Origin: Takakia lepidozioides | Taxonomy: Eukaryota > Plantae > Bryophyta | Reading direction: 5' to 3' | Length of the DNA: 64,000 nucleotides | Assembly (NCBI GenBank): GCA_030704615.1 | Contig: CM060732.1 | Coordinates: forward strand, 78,492,001-78,556,000 | In this document: in pieces, positions 1-13,350 of the stretch | How the letters are laid out: the number at the start of each line of letters is the position of its first letter | Numbering within the stretch: the stretch's first letter is position 1 | Program-made: the position numbers and the translations under genes | The notes under the pieces: generated by a model | The model's database searches: none | Told to the model about the DNA's origin: nothing | Seen by the model: only the letters and a program-made list of their open reading frames with translations

Positions 1-330
1 AGGTTTTTTTAGGGTTTTTAAAGGGTTTTTTAGGGGGTTTTTTTAGTGTGCGGTGCCACTAAAAGCGGTGTGCATCACCGCACACCTCTTTCAGGGTTTT
101 CTTTTTCTTTTTTGGGGTTTTGTTTTAGGTTTTTAGGTTTTTTAGAGGTTTTTATTGTTTTTTCCCGGCAGATGTCACTGAAAGTACCGCACGCCACTTT
201 CAGGGGTTTGTTTTAGGGTCTTTTGGGGGTTTTTTTGGCCTGCAGATGCCACTAAAAGTGATGTGTTGTGCCGCCCACCACTTTTAAGGGAAATTGTTTT
301 TGTTTTTTTTTTGGCAATTGCCGCTCAAAA
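1..330. repeat. T/G-rich degenerate tandem repeat with a recurring GCCACT(A/G)AAAG..CCGC.CAC core; probably a TE subterminal array cut by the window edge
   Basis: Core recurs at about 55, 175, 248 and 320, separated by runs of (t)n and ggg. Confidence 0.5.
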
Positions 331-772
331 TGGTGTAGTCTTGTTTGAAATATGCAGCATAGGTCAGCACTTGACAGTCCTACCTATTCATTGAAGCCAT
401 GTGCTTTTCTTTCATAAGGGGGTCTAATGTCATCATAGTTTACATGCCTATTCCCACGGTTTTAGGTCCAGCGGAAACAGATGCTCTTTCTTCGACCGCC
501 AGTCCTATAGCATTTGCTGACGTGGCCTTCGCTCGCGCTGACGTGGCCTGAGCGTGGGCTCACGCCACGTCGGCCCAGCGTGAGCGTGCGCTCACCGGTC
601 ACGCCGTAGCGTCGCTCATCCAGAAGTTGTGATGTATGACATGAAGCAACACACATGGACATCTGACTTACAAACTGGGACCAAGGAATGCGTGAGTGTT
701 CAGGGTTTTGATAGCGGTCTTAGTTTAGGTGCAAAAGTGTAGACAAGCTTTCTATTTTTTCAAATAATTAGA

Positions 773-849
773 CAGGGACCAACAATTAGTAGCTCAATTG
801 GTTAGCGCAGTGCCCCCAGATGATTCTGGGATTAAATCCTGCTACCTTG
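773..849 (+). mobile_element. tRNA-derived SINE head
   Basis: gtagctcaattggttagcgca resembles a tRNA D-arm/A box and gggattaaatcctgc a degenerate B box. A similar copy lies in inverted orientation at 9889-9969. No complete cloverleaf. Confidence 0.6.
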
Positions 850-1765
850 TTTAGGACTCCTCCTCCTCTCTCTCTCTCATTTGGGTTTTTTGTTTGTTTA
901 GGGTGTGGTGCGCGGTTTTCTTGCTATAGCCTCAGTGACCTATGAGGCACATTATTTTTCTTACCATGTTTGGGAATTGAAATTGATGGGTGGATCTTGA
1001 ATTATATCTTAATTCTTGTGTCATCATGTACCTATATATTGTGAAGGAGCCATGTATATGTATGGGACATCCTGAAAGAATATGTCCTAAAGTAAAATTT
1101 ACCATTCGGATTTTTTCCAGCCAAATATGATTCTATTTCTAATTATTCTCAATTCTTTAAATTAATTAGGACCCGAACCCATGACTCAAAGTGCCACATA
1201 TTCATACTCAGGTTTTCATCACAAAAATGGATCTGATATTGGTATCAAGTACAAAACCTTCAACCACATACTAGGCTGGTAGGGTATCGCCCATAGTATT
1301 TAGTAAAAACAATACTAGGCCAATATGGATACCGTTTTTGCCTATGATATTCGTCAGGACCCTGCCGGACTAATTAATTATTATTTTTAAAAATGTCCAA
1401 CAGGTTTTTTGGAATTTTTGCAGTTCCGGCAATGATCATGATAAATAATAATAATAAATCATTCATTTTAGCGACGACTGAAGGTGGGAGACTAGTTTAG
1501 CGTAGAGCAGGAATGGGGTGCCATAGTGCCACATCATCATCACCATGTCATCGCCGGCACGTTTCGTAGCCACGTCATTATCGTCAAATTTGTTGGAACT
1601 TGCCCGAAATGCCCGAATAACCGGGAGATGCCCTGTTGTAGCGCGGGGAAGGGATGATGATGTCCCCGTGTGCTTGAGCGCATAGGGGTTGCAAACACCG
1701 ATCATAGACGGAGACATTTGCAGATTATAAGTACACCGCATGAGCTCTCACAGCTGGAATTTGCA

Positions 1766-4700
1766 CGATGGTGGGACAACCGCAATCGCAAAGTGTGGCT
1801 TTTTCTTAATGTATGACGTGAAGAAGTTTGTCCATCCTGCAAATGTGGCCTCTTGGCTCCTGTTAGTACCATGATTTGTTATTCTTCTGGATGTTTACAA
1901 AGTCCTTGGGAGAGTCAGCTTGGTCTTAGTAGGCCGTCTTTCAATCTCTGTCTGCTCAGCTGCACCATGGTGGTTATCACAAATCAATATATGTCATGCA
2001 GGAAGACTTCACGAAGGTTTGTAGCATGACATGGCATATTGGAAGCCGGGCATATTGGTTTTCTTTTCACTCTACTATGCTATTATTTGTATCAGCCTTG
2101 GTGTGTGGGTTTAGGTGGATAGTATTGCATTATCTTCCTCGGCACTTTCTAGCCTGGTGAGGCATTTGGGCACAGTCCCTTTTCTGTATGTCTATTAGGC
2201 ACATTTTGAGGTCAATTTTCCTCATTTTAATTTGATTAAATGGTTAGAACCCTTTTTATACTAAATAAACAAAATACATGTAGCAATTATAGCTTACATA
2301 GGTATAGAAATCCACAGAGGAGAGGAAATGGGCCATGGAGACAACAAATGAACAAACCCCACCAGTAACTTCCCAGTACGAGACGCAGAACTGGCGTTTC
2401 AGCCTATATGAGAAGGTCAAGCTCATAGCTATCATAGGCACCCCAAGCAAGAGAGATAGATAAAAAAGGACTCAGCTAGGGCGAGAAATATCCTGCTCCG
2501 AGATAAAAAGAGAAGGGAGACTGCGTTTCCCGGAAGAGGATTACATCTGCTTTTAGAAAGAGGAGCAGAGATGAAGAAAGGTACCAGCAAAGGAACCTCT
2601 GCTCGGGGCAACACTGCCAAAGGTGGAGCCAAAGGGGAGACAATCATATCCCCGGAGGGCCAAGATGAGGGGGGGGGGGGGGGGGGGGGAGGATGTTACT
2701 AGAGGAGGGAGATCCATAGCAAGGAGAGGCAACGGAGCAAAAGATCTAGCAGGCATCGGGGGGAACTCGTGAGAAGGCCTAAGGAAGGAGTCAGCTTCCC
2801 CATGAGAACTGTAACCTTCGCTCTCTTTAATGAGCTTTCCCTTGCCCTTGTACTTTGCAGATTTGGCCAAAATGGCCTTGATCAGAGTACAACCAGCATC
2901 CAAAGCCTGAGTGGCCAAGACCATCTCATCAAAGTCCATTACAGCAGCAAATTCAACAAGAATCCGGCTGCCATTGGACCAGCAACCCCCAATGCATTCT
3001 CCTTGCTTAGTAACGTCAACATGATCCAAAGCCACCAAAACCTGAACTGTGGAGAAAATAGAGTGGTTTTTGTTATCCACCAGGTAGGAACCAAAAAGAA
3101 GAGAGAGCCCTGGGTTCATAGCCAAACATCCCAGTTCAGAGGAGAACAGCGAATGGATTTTTTTGATGATCAGGTCCACAACTTAATTAGGATCAGGAAA
3201 CTCTAGAAAATCATCATGCGTGACCCAAGAGGAGGCCAGACCCGAGGATTTCCCAGTGAGTAGAATCTGAGGAATACCCTCCGCCATCTGATACACAATG
3301 GGAGTTATGGAGATGATCGCATTACACTTCTTAACACCTGAGACAAGAGACCATGCAACTATCTGGAGATCGCTAAAAGACCGGAGTCTGAGACAACGCG
3401 ACGCCAAACTATCCTGAAAGGTAGGACTCGTGGATTCCCATAACTGTGAAATTGAAAAGACCAGCGGGAGAAGCGATTTCTCCAGAATACCAATGTTGGG
3501 AGAAATGCAAAGACCCATCCGAGGAGACCCTAGGGGATTTGCAAATTTAACAGGGGTCCTTTGACGTTTGGAGGCCCGAGGAGACCTAGATGCAGGGGGA
3601 GAGGAGGACATTACCAGCTGTTTGATGGCCTGGGTCAGCACAGGAGAGGAAGAGGAAGGAATTGGGGGTAGAGGAGGAGAGGGAGAGGGAGCGTGCAGAG
3701 GAGAGCCCATCTGAGGCAAGGGAACCGAGGCAGCAGCAGAGTCACGTTTCCGTTTCCAAAAAGGGCACTTGGCTTTAAAATGACCAACACCATTACATCC
3801 GTGACAGACTATGGAGAACTTCTCTTCATACACTGCTACAGTGATAAAGGACACGATTGCCTTGGGGACGATGGCCGAGTCCGACATTAAGACAACAATT
3901 TTGGGAGCAGAAATATCCCCAATTCGGCTGATGTTGGAAAGAAGACCCCAACCAGTCATCTCCGCTACCATGGAATTGGTAGCCTCTGGATCAAACACAC
4001 TTAAACAACCTAGATAGTCCCCAAATCTGTGCCTATCTCAGGTATGAGGCAAGATATTGACAGGGCAGAAAGGGTAAGGAGATAATGCGCGGACTACAAC
4101 AGATACCATTCTTGTGACCCCAGTCTTGGGACCATGGAAAAATATGAACTTTATGGAAAGACAGGTGAGGATTAAAGGACAGAGCCCTAGCAGCAGCAGC
4201 TTGCGTTTCAAACATCACTGCAAAAAACCCCATACCCATGGAGATGCAGAAAAGTTGTCGCAATTGCCCATCACCACCCAAAATATCCACTCTCTAACCC
4301 ATTTACGATCCATTGACCTACCAGGAAAATGCAAGAGAACTCCCCTGGATTGGATCTTAGCATTCTGATCTCTAACTGTCTCCATGTTGATGGGGTGAAT
4401 TTGTTCATCAACGTCCAGTAGATCCGACTGAACTGGCCAAGGTTCAGCATCGGACGATAAAGGAGGAGAAGTCACATGGAACGGACATTTACCCAACAGA
4501 GAGGGAAAGGAGGAAGTAGAGGTATCCCCAGAAGAGCCAGTCTGGAATCCCGTCTGGAAGCCCCAGCCTCTACCATTACCCCTACCGCGCATAAAAAGAA
4601 GCGGGACTCTCCCGCGTCCTCGTCTACCACAGGAGCTGCCCCGGAACGTCATCGTAACTCTAGAGATAGAGGAAAAAAATCACCGGAAACCAACTTGACT

Positions 4701-6060
4701 CTCTAACCAAGACCAACACAGGAAGGGGGGAACTCCTAACGGGGAATATCACCAAATAACACTAAATACAAAAGAGGAAGAACTGCGAGCAAGACTACGA
4801 GCAAAGGAGAGAGCGCACAAGCAGAAGCAGGAAGCAGCCAAACCCAAGGATAGAGACTTGGAATTGAGAATAGTTGACACCTGTGTTAAATGACCCACAT
4901 TGGTACTGTAGGATAACCCACATAAAACATTGTATACTACAGTTTATTAACATACATATTAATTTGCAATAACCCACATGTACGTAACCTCACACATGAT
5001 ACCTGTCATAAATACTTACATGTGGGTGGTCTGACATCAGCAAGTTGTCAATACATTAAAATTTAATTTATTTTTATTTTTATGAACATACGTGGCATAA
5101 TCGCTAACTGACATGTGTCTGCCACGTTGTCAAGCAGGGTGTCAGATAAGCCGTCAAAAACTTCAATCGAAACGGATGTAAAAAAAATCAATCAAAACGG
5201 GTGTTATAAAAGCGAAAGGCCAGCCAGGATGTGCGCCACGTCAGGGTGTAGAAGGGTGTAAGCTGGCTTTTTCGACACGATCACCAAAACTCACAGGGTG
5301 GTGGAATCGACACAGTTTACCTAACATCGGGGGAGGGGGGTCAACGGTTGGCTTTTCTTACACCTCTAGATGTAAGAAAAGATGTAAAAAAATCAGTTTC
5401 TCTTGTAGTCACGTGTCCGACATTACCAGCCCACCTCCAGAAGGGGCCAGTAGCCGTGAGACAAAGTGGCTCTAAGTACGCCGGCTTCGGCCGGAGTCTT
5501 CTCTCCGACATTACCTGACTACATATACAAGCAGCACACACAAGAGGTCCTTTTGGGTTGATGGTCACTCAAATCCTCCATGGGTCATGGCACAAGGTCA
5601 AGGACAATATGGTGAGGGCACCTTCTTCTTCGACCTATTTCACCCCGTTTTTCCCTCTCATCAGACTCGGCCCTGAGATGCACATTGAATTCTGTAAGTT
5701 AGTTCGTTGGGTGGATCTGTGGTGGTTTGGAGTGACTTTGACAAGTTATTGCCGATGTGGCAATAGGAAAGTATCCAAAAACAGATCACAGAGATGAGGA
5801 GAAGCTTTGGAATGAACACTTTTCCGACCCCAGTCAATGGTGGGACAATGGAGACAAAAAGGTGAATGCCTGTTGGACTACAGAGAGAAGCATATGCAAT
5901 CCAGAATTGGAACTACTGTAATAATTAGTAGGGTTGGGGTGTTTGCTGGAAGAACTTCACGCCGACAGTGTCAGCTGCTAGCAGCAAGGCTAATCATGAG
6001 GATCGTGTATTCATGATTTTGTACACAGGCAGGGATAGTTGAAGAACCAGGGATAGAATC
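1766..6060 (+). pseudogene. Old truncated relic of the 5' (PDF-motif) exons of the PDF-PPR-DYW gene, interrupted by a LINE-like insert
   Basis: 1766-1792 reads RWWDNRNRK|gt. About 5510-5615 reads LPDYIYKQHTQEVL/WVDGHSNPPWV with a frameshift. Exon 5767-5861 reads KYPKTDHRDEEKLWNEHFSDPSQWWDNGDKK|gt. Introns align to 15700-15900 and 16300-16710, and homology stops at about 6058, just before the PPR exon acceptor. Confidence 0.75.
2250..4860 (-). mobile_element. Degenerate L1-type LINE ORF1 (DUF4283-like region + CCHC zinc knuckle), frameshifted; no ORF2 seen
   Basis: ORF fragments 4215-4652, 4033-4290 (MGMGFFAVMFETQAAAARAL..PW), 3183-3998 (CHGCNGVGHFKAKC = CX2CX4HX4C) and 2553-3179. The boundaries are approximate. 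Confidence 0.65.
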
Positions 6061-6584
6061 AGAATCTAGTAAGTAATATTTAAAAAACAACGAGACATAC
6101 CACGGGAGACATCCCGTGTTACACCTGAAATCAATAACAACATCGCGAGGATACAATTTAGAATGCCAGATTCAGAAGGGGCCACCCTTGAAATCGATTT
6201 TTAAAACGACATTCCGCTAGGGAAGAAAATACAATTTTTGGACCCCGACAAATCCTTATCATCTTCAGAAAACGAAACAAATTGGAAATCATAACTACAA
6301 CATCCTAACTACTCTGAGTAATCTCTACTACAGCTTGCAAGCATCAAGCTTCACTCCGTCGTCTCCCCCCTCCGTGCGTTCACTGCCTGCCAAGAAGTCC
6401 ATGCCAAGAAGATCCACCCTCCACAGCTACGCTGCCTTAACTACCCGCAAACCGTCATAAACCGTCTAACTAACTATCATGACTCTAACCATTAGTCATG
6501 ACAGTACTAACTCGTACTGCTAAACATTCCCTTCCTGTGTTCGCGTGATCCCTACGTTCCCATGTTCCCCTCCTGAGATGACGT

Positions 6585-6875
6585 CAGGCCTGTGAGGCCT
6601 ATGCGAACTCATGGTCCCAGAGCCATGAGGCCTCATGAACACCTATGCCCGCACCTATGTGGACTCATGCCCGTAGTGTCGTGAGTGTTCATGAAGACCT
6701 GTGCTCTTGTTATCGTGAAGGCTCATGAGAACCTGTGACTGCCGCACCATGAGGCTCATGATGGCCTGTGCTCGTAGCTCATGGTGACCTGTGCTCCCAC
6801 CACCATAAGGGCTCATGGAGGTTCATGCCCGCAACACCATGAGCTATGATAGCTCATGGCAGCAAAGCCATGAAG
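6585..6875. repeat. Degenerate ~30-bp minisatellite (gaggctcatga..acctgtgc..gc core)
   Basis: About 9 imperfect copies of ctcatg/acctgtg-containing units. Confidence 0.6.
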
Positions 6876-7976
6876 TGTCACATGTGACTGCGCAAAATTA
6901 AGGGTACCCACAAGACCCTGTAAATCCATCTAGCAGCCTTGTAACATATGCCGAGTGACTTTCCCTAGTATGTGCATCACCGGACATTTGCCTGCGATTG
7001 ATTGCAAGCTTTTTTATATGAATTCAAGTGAAGGTTGTCTATCATTCCACATTTCAAATCTCTCATGCTTGCCTCTCCTCTTTTTTTACATGCATGTTAA
7101 CCATGTTTTCCACGGTAATAGGTCCACTATCTGCCACATCGGTACTCTGGTGCTGTGGGCACCATCGAGCTTGATGATTTCATATAAGAATTTGATAGTT
7201 GGTGTGATTTGCAGCAGATGCGCAATCCACAACTGTTTACGCCTTTTATGGCGTGGAAGGGGCTGTTTCAGCACCTTGAGGGGCCGCCCATGGATGACTA
7301 CCATGAGTTTAGGCGGGGACATGAGGTGGAGATTGAGGAATGACGGGTGTATTGGTCACCTGACTATGTCTGCATCACTAGAGGCACAAGGGCAGTGATG
7401 ACACCAGTAGCTACACCGACAGCTTCTGCAAGCAGCAGTGGGACGTCAAGTGGAACAGGAGTTGGGAAGTCCACCCAAGCTCCTGCTGCAGCACCAACAC
7501 ACGTGCCTGTCTTTAACCCAGTTGTGGAATTCTTCGAGGAGTACTATTCAAGACATGGTCAACACTTGGAAGCAGGTGTGCCCGCTGAAGAGGTAAAAGT
7601 GAAGCCAGACTTGTCAGCACACTTTTCAGGGAGAGGCTATGCAAGCAGGTTTTGTAACCAATTTGTTTGCAGTGAATGATGATTTGGTGGACGAGAATGC
7701 TAAAGTCAGTCAGGATGTAGAGGAAACTATATGTAGATGTCTTGCAAATCTGCATATTGAAAATGAAGATATCCCTGATCTCAATGTGGTGGACGAGGTA
7801 GATGGAGAGATCATGATGATTAGCGGTGAGGATGAAGAGAGAGAAGACTTGTGGCTACTGCCCCCTTTTGGAGGTGGCCCTATGGAGAAATCCGGTGTCC
7901 AGGGGACCTTCAAGGGACACCAAGTGAGGGAAAGTGCCTGAGGTATCATGGGTACCCTCGGGTACCCCAAGGTTAC

Positions 7977-9250
7977 TTAGGAGGTTGCAGAAGGGAGAGA
8001 GAATTTGAGTTGCCGTTTGTTGGTAACAACAGTTGTGCGAGAGCGAAGTACTGTGAGGTGGATAGCTTTAAAGCATTTGTGGATATTAGAGATGGGAATA
8101 CGAAAATTTGTGTGGAATGCCAAGATACTAGCGTTGTGAATGCCGCCTCTAGGACCGGCGGTGACGACAGTTAATGGGGCCAGTAGACCATCCTCTTTGG
8201 CGGATAGCAATGAGCGGAGCATATTTTTGTCGCTTGTCAAAATTAATGGAGGAGCTGGGGTATCAATCATGGCAGTATGTAAACTTGATAAAGTGTATGG
8301 TGAGGTTTGGGGATGGGGCATTTGGTGGTAGGGCGTTTATGGGTAGGCCTTGGACTAGCAGGATATCCGGGCATAGTCTAGCTGGGCATGTGCAGAGAGA
8401 GCGGGTTTGGCAAGTGCATAGGAGAAGCCAGGGTGGGACAGTGTGATCCCGGGGTCTTCCTTGGTAGGTATCAGCGTTAATGAGTGAGAACCATCTAGTT
8501 TCAATGCAGTTTAGAAGAAGTTTATGAATATGCCAAACGACATGATTATGTCTGGTAATTCGAAATACATGTATGACAGGGTGAGTACACTTGCTGAGGA
8601 GGTGGGGCCATGTATCACATTTTGTGTGGGTGTGTGAACAGAGTGGACAGTTCAGGGATCGAAATAGGTGTGGCTAGAAGGTGTGTTTGCGTTGATGGCC
8701 CATGTATTGAGCATATCTGAATTTGAGAGTTTGTCGTATTTGTGCATCAGTTGTGACTTTGGTGTGCCAGAGGTAGTAACCTTCACGTGGTGTGTATTTG
8801 TTAATAGGTGGTTAAGCGAGGCGAGGAAGTTTTGGGGTATGCCAGCGAGGGAGTTGGTATTTTGAACATGTAGTTTTAGGGTCAGGGTGGGTTCCAGGCG
8901 TTTGAGATATTTGGGACTCAAATGGTAGGGCGTGCACGTATCGGAGTTGGTTTGGTTCAATGACAAATAGGGGTGTAACCCCCGTGGGCAGTTGAAGTAG
9001 AGGGTGTTTGGGTCTGGTAACTTTTGAGGAGACATAGGGGCGGGTGGGCAAAGGCCCATGCCAGTCCACGTATGTTGTGTGGCAAATCCGGAGGCTCCAT
9101 AGATGACGTCCCGAGAGTGACGGCTAGAATATGAAGAGAATTCCATAGGACAAGTGAGCGGACTTGAGTAATAAGAGTGCGTGAGTTGGAGTGAGGAGGC
9201 GAGGAGTGTAGAATGTCAACAGGGATGGTGTAGTATGTGTAGGCTTATGT
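7977..9250 (-). mobile_element. Decayed coding fragment, probably the 3' part of a LINE ORF2
   Basis: Broken minus-strand ORFs (7977-8321, 8652-9146) with H/T/P/L-rich composition typical of plant L1 ORF2 C-termini. No RT catalytic motif found. Confidence 0.35.
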
Positions 9251-9888
9251 TAGTTTGGGGGGTTTGTTTTTTTGGGGGGGGGGGTTTCACATGATGAGGA
9301 TGAATATAATGACATTGTCGATGGGCCTTTGGAAGTTACATGGAGCTCTCGCAAATAGATTGGGATTTGTAGGAAGATATTTCCGCATGCACATGAGAAG
9401 AGGCTCAAAAGTTTTTTGCTGGAATTTTCAGGAATTAGGCACTAAGGTGGTCCCATAGTTTCCGAGCAATTAGGCCAAATTTTGAAAAATTCCCAAAACA
9501 CGTTAGGCACTTTCAATTTGAAATAATTATCGCCTAAATGGTTGATCAGGGACGGTAATCCTGTCCAATTTGCCCCTCGGTGAGCTGTCCAGTTCTTAGA
9601 ACGACCTCTACCAAAATCCGAAGTACCTTCGTTTCTTTATAGAGAAATCCATTGAAGGTTGAAAAAGGTTATTTTCTCCTGGACATTAAAGAAACTGTAT
9701 CTTCATATTTATCCTCTCACTGACGCCAACTGGGTCTCAAAGAAAACCCTGGGAGCGACAGCCGTGCTCACAAATCAGGCCCCTTAATTATAGTGAGAGG
9801 AGAAAATAACCTCTTTTACAATAACCTCCACCCCCAAGGCTTTCAGGGGACACCCTCTAACGGAAGGGGGAGAAGAACATACCACACC

Positions 9889-9969
9889 CAAGATAGCAGG
9901 ATTTGACCCCAGAACCATCTGGGACGCTCTCAGTGCACTATCCAACTGAGCTACTGACTGTTGTCTCTG
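9889..9969 (-). mobile_element. tRNA-derived SINE head (second copy)
   Basis: Reverse complement gtagctcagttggatagtgca...cccagatggttctggggtcaaatcctgctatcttg aligns with 773-849. Confidence 0.6.
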
Positions 9970-10283
9970 TGTGAGGAATCAAGTCGGACTCCAAATAAAA
10001 CTCTCTCGTCAGGAGAGGGAATAGTGAACACAGCAAACACTTCTCCCAAAACCGAAATCCAACTCTGAGAGTTCACAGAGACAGAGAGAGTCGTGATTCT
10101 GAGACAGCTCTGACTGATTTTGGTTTAAAAATGAGCAAGTAGAGACGGCAATGTGGGGTTGAAGTCCATATCTCATACAATCCGATGACCCATTTGAGCA
10201 TGGAGCGTGGAGATTAAGAGTGGAGATTGGTGCATGGATTGCAGGAAGCAGTAGGATTGGCAGAGTTGACTTGGGTAGCAGAA

Positions 10284-13200
10284 ATGGCACCACCGATCAG
10301 CAAAGGAGACCGGATTCTGACCAGTAAAGCTGATAGGAAGGCTTCTTTGGATGTAGGCGCATGGCTTTTCAATGTGAGCACTTCAGTTGGAATCATTATG
10401 GTCAACAAGCAGCTCATGGCCAACTACGGTTTCAGCTTCGGTATGTATCTTTCCTTTTTTGCAGTGATATAACTATATATTCTTGCTCCTGATGGAACTG
10501 AGGCAGCTTTTCCTTCTGCGGAAGATGGGTTTTTGGTGAATGCATGACTTTTGTATAATTTGTGCATGTAAAGATTGCGGTTCTGCAATTTGTCTATACA
10601 TTTGGTTGCGTGGTTCACCTTTTTATGAGCTCGCTCTTTCAATTTTCAGCCCCCCCCACCTACAGATATTTTAGACACTTATGCGGATATATTTGAGGAG
10701 CTTTGCGCCAAATGCATTCTAATTTGTTGCAAACATGTTGTGTACATGCTGACATTGTTGTCATATCGGTGGGATGGACTTTCAGCTACAACTCTAACAG
10801 GCCTTCATTTTGCAATGACGACACTCATGACGCTAGTGCTTCGGTGGATGGGGTATATTCAGCCCTCGCATCTGCCTCTGCTCGATCTTGCGAAATTTGC
10901 CATGTGTGCAAATTTCTCCATTGTTGGCATGAATGTCAGCCTCATGTGGAATTCTGTTGGCTTTTATCAGGTATGTTTGAGGTAATATTGCCCTTGTTTC
11001 TCACAGTGGCAGAGGCATGAAATGTTAGATGCTAGACCCACCAGTAAAAGCTACAGTTGGAAAATGTGGGGAGGATTCAGCTCAACTCATCCACCCAGTC
11101 CGAGTTTCAAGAGTGGCGCTATTCTGTTGTTGATTGATTGGTTTCTGCTTCAAATTACCTGGTATCTTGGTTGACTCAGATACTTGCAAAACATCTCTGT
11201 TCTCCTTTCTGTAAGTGGTCCCCATCAAACTACCTTTTGATAGTTTGTGTGGACAATGCAGATAGCGAAGCTGAGCATGATCCCAGTTTCTTGCTTGTTT
11301 GAAGTGTTGTTTGACAAAATTCGGTATTCAAGAGACACAAAATTAAGTATATTGGTGGTGCTGGCGGGCGTCGGTATATGCACAGTCAGTGATGTGAGTG
11401 TGAATCAAAAGGGCTTCATTGCGGCGATCATTGGTGTGTGGTGTACGGCGCTGCAGCAATATGTAAGTCCCTGTGCCTCTATACCCACTTATTGATTTAC
11501 AACACTTGAGATGAGAGCATAAGCTTGGCCAATATGACAAAAATTGCCGTCTGTACAGCTGTTGTACTGGTAGGAGTTGCATTAAGAGAAAATCCATGTT
11601 TCAAGGCAATCTTGTGTCACCTGTCCTCTTTCAGGTGCTGATTATCAATAAGTTCCACACAAATTCGGCACTGGTACTGGAGTAAGATCATGCAAATTAG
11701 GCATTGTGCATGATCACCAACTTTAGTGAGAAACATTGGAGGCCATGCAGCTTTTTCATGTTGGAATATACTATACATAAAAATTAAAATGGCAACTCAA
11801 TCGCATGACATCTTAGCCAGTCCCAAACCAGGTCTGTTGTTGCACATTTGGTCAGGTCTTGAGCCCACGATATTGCCAGGTCCATGCTGGTTCTGTTCTT
11901 TTAATCCCAACGACATTACTTGAAGGATTGCTGAAATTCCTTTAGTCTTTTATGAGGTTGTTAAAACTGCCATAAAACATTGAGCTAGTATTGTTTAGAA
12001 ATGAGTATTATGTGACTGCCATGATATGATGGCTGGTTGGATATTGCTCATCAGAAGTTCCAGGGGGTGTGTCACTCCAAGTTGATCCCAACACCCAGCA
12101 ACTTTTTAAATGGAGAACCAGAAGACCAGCTTCATTAAAGAGATGAGAATGCTGAGTGGGTTTTTCCAATTTCTTTCAATCATGTGAAGAACGTCTTTGG
12201 GTCTACTTTCTTTCTTTACTTAAGGAATTTCTGCCTGACACAATTGTCTTCGAATGTGATGGGATTTGGTTCAGTATGTGCACAACCTACAGAAGAAGTA
12301 TTCACTGGGCTCATTTGACCTTCTTGGTCATACAGCTCCTGTTCAAGCAGGCACCCTTGTCCTTGCTGGGCCTTTTTTGGACTACTGGTTATCAGATCAA
12401 AGAGTTGACCTCTATGACTTCAGTGTACCTTCAATTGTAAGCATTCTTCTGAAAATCCTTGCAATTTTCTGGACTTGGTTTGATCTGATGTCTAGGTGCT
12501 ACTCACTGCGACCTCTCTAGGCTGTGCAGACTCTTATGAAGTTCCTTTGCTTACAGCATGTCAGTCCTCTATAGCTTGATTCCTATAGTTCAGTTGGACT
12601 CAGGTGCTGGTCAGTGTCCATAAAGTACTGACTGGATTTTGCTTAGCTGGGGGTTTCCACTTTTGAGGTCTAATACCATGCAGACGAGGCTGGCTCTAGT
12701 TTAGGCTACCAGAGCAGGTCACCAAGGTGTGCATGGGGTTCTCCAAGCCTTGCCCAACCTAGCTGTCTTTGAACCATCGTCATGGGCACTGTCCAACCAG
12801 CCTTGATGGTGTTATTGTGATGAATGGCCTGAAAATTCCCCTAAAAAATTTCTCTCCCTTTCTCTCTGTCTGTCTTTTTGTCCTCCCTCCTCTCTTGCTA
12901 TTGCATGTGTATTAAAGAACAACTACAGATATGCTGGATGATTGCAATAAGCTCTGTAACCTCTAGCATTTGAGTTTTCTCAGCCTTGGTCTCAGTGTGG
13001 GGTTGGCAATTGTGCAGTTTTTCATCACTCTGTCGTGCCTAATTGCTGTGGGCACAAACTTGAGCCAGTTCATCTGCATTGGACGTTTCAGTGCTGTCTC
13101 CTTCCAGGTGCTGGGCCACATGAAGACAATATTGGTGCTCTTTCTGGGCTTTTTCCTATTTGGCAAGCAAGGCCTAAGCATGCAGGTTGTCCTAGGGATG

Positions 13201-13350
13201 CTTTTGGCAGTTGTTGGCATGGTTTGGTATGGCAATGCCTCATCCAAGCCAGGTGGGAAAGAGAAACGCCTGTTTTCTCTTCCTAGTGACAAGACTTCCA
13301 AGGGTCTGGCTCGGACTATAATAGATGAAGAGCTTGGCCTGAAAAGCTGA
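10284..13350 (+). CDS. URGT: Golgi UDP-rhamnose/UDP-galactose transporter (URGT/NST-KT family). Exons 10284-10440, 10786-10970, 11262-11462, 12275-12436, 13018-13350.
   Basis: The GT-AG spliced product has the URGT signatures [84 protein letters not shown] and [16 protein letters not shown]. Confidence 0.93.

Noticed and set aside
773-849. Functional tRNA gene
   Set aside because: Only the D-arm/A box and a degenerate B box are present, with no acceptor stem or anticodon arm. A diverged second copy indicates a SINE.
2668-2689. Poly-G run as a regulatory G-quadruplex
   Set aside because: It is a homopolymer within a decayed LINE ORF1 (poly-Pro on the minus strand), with no evidence of function and unreliable length
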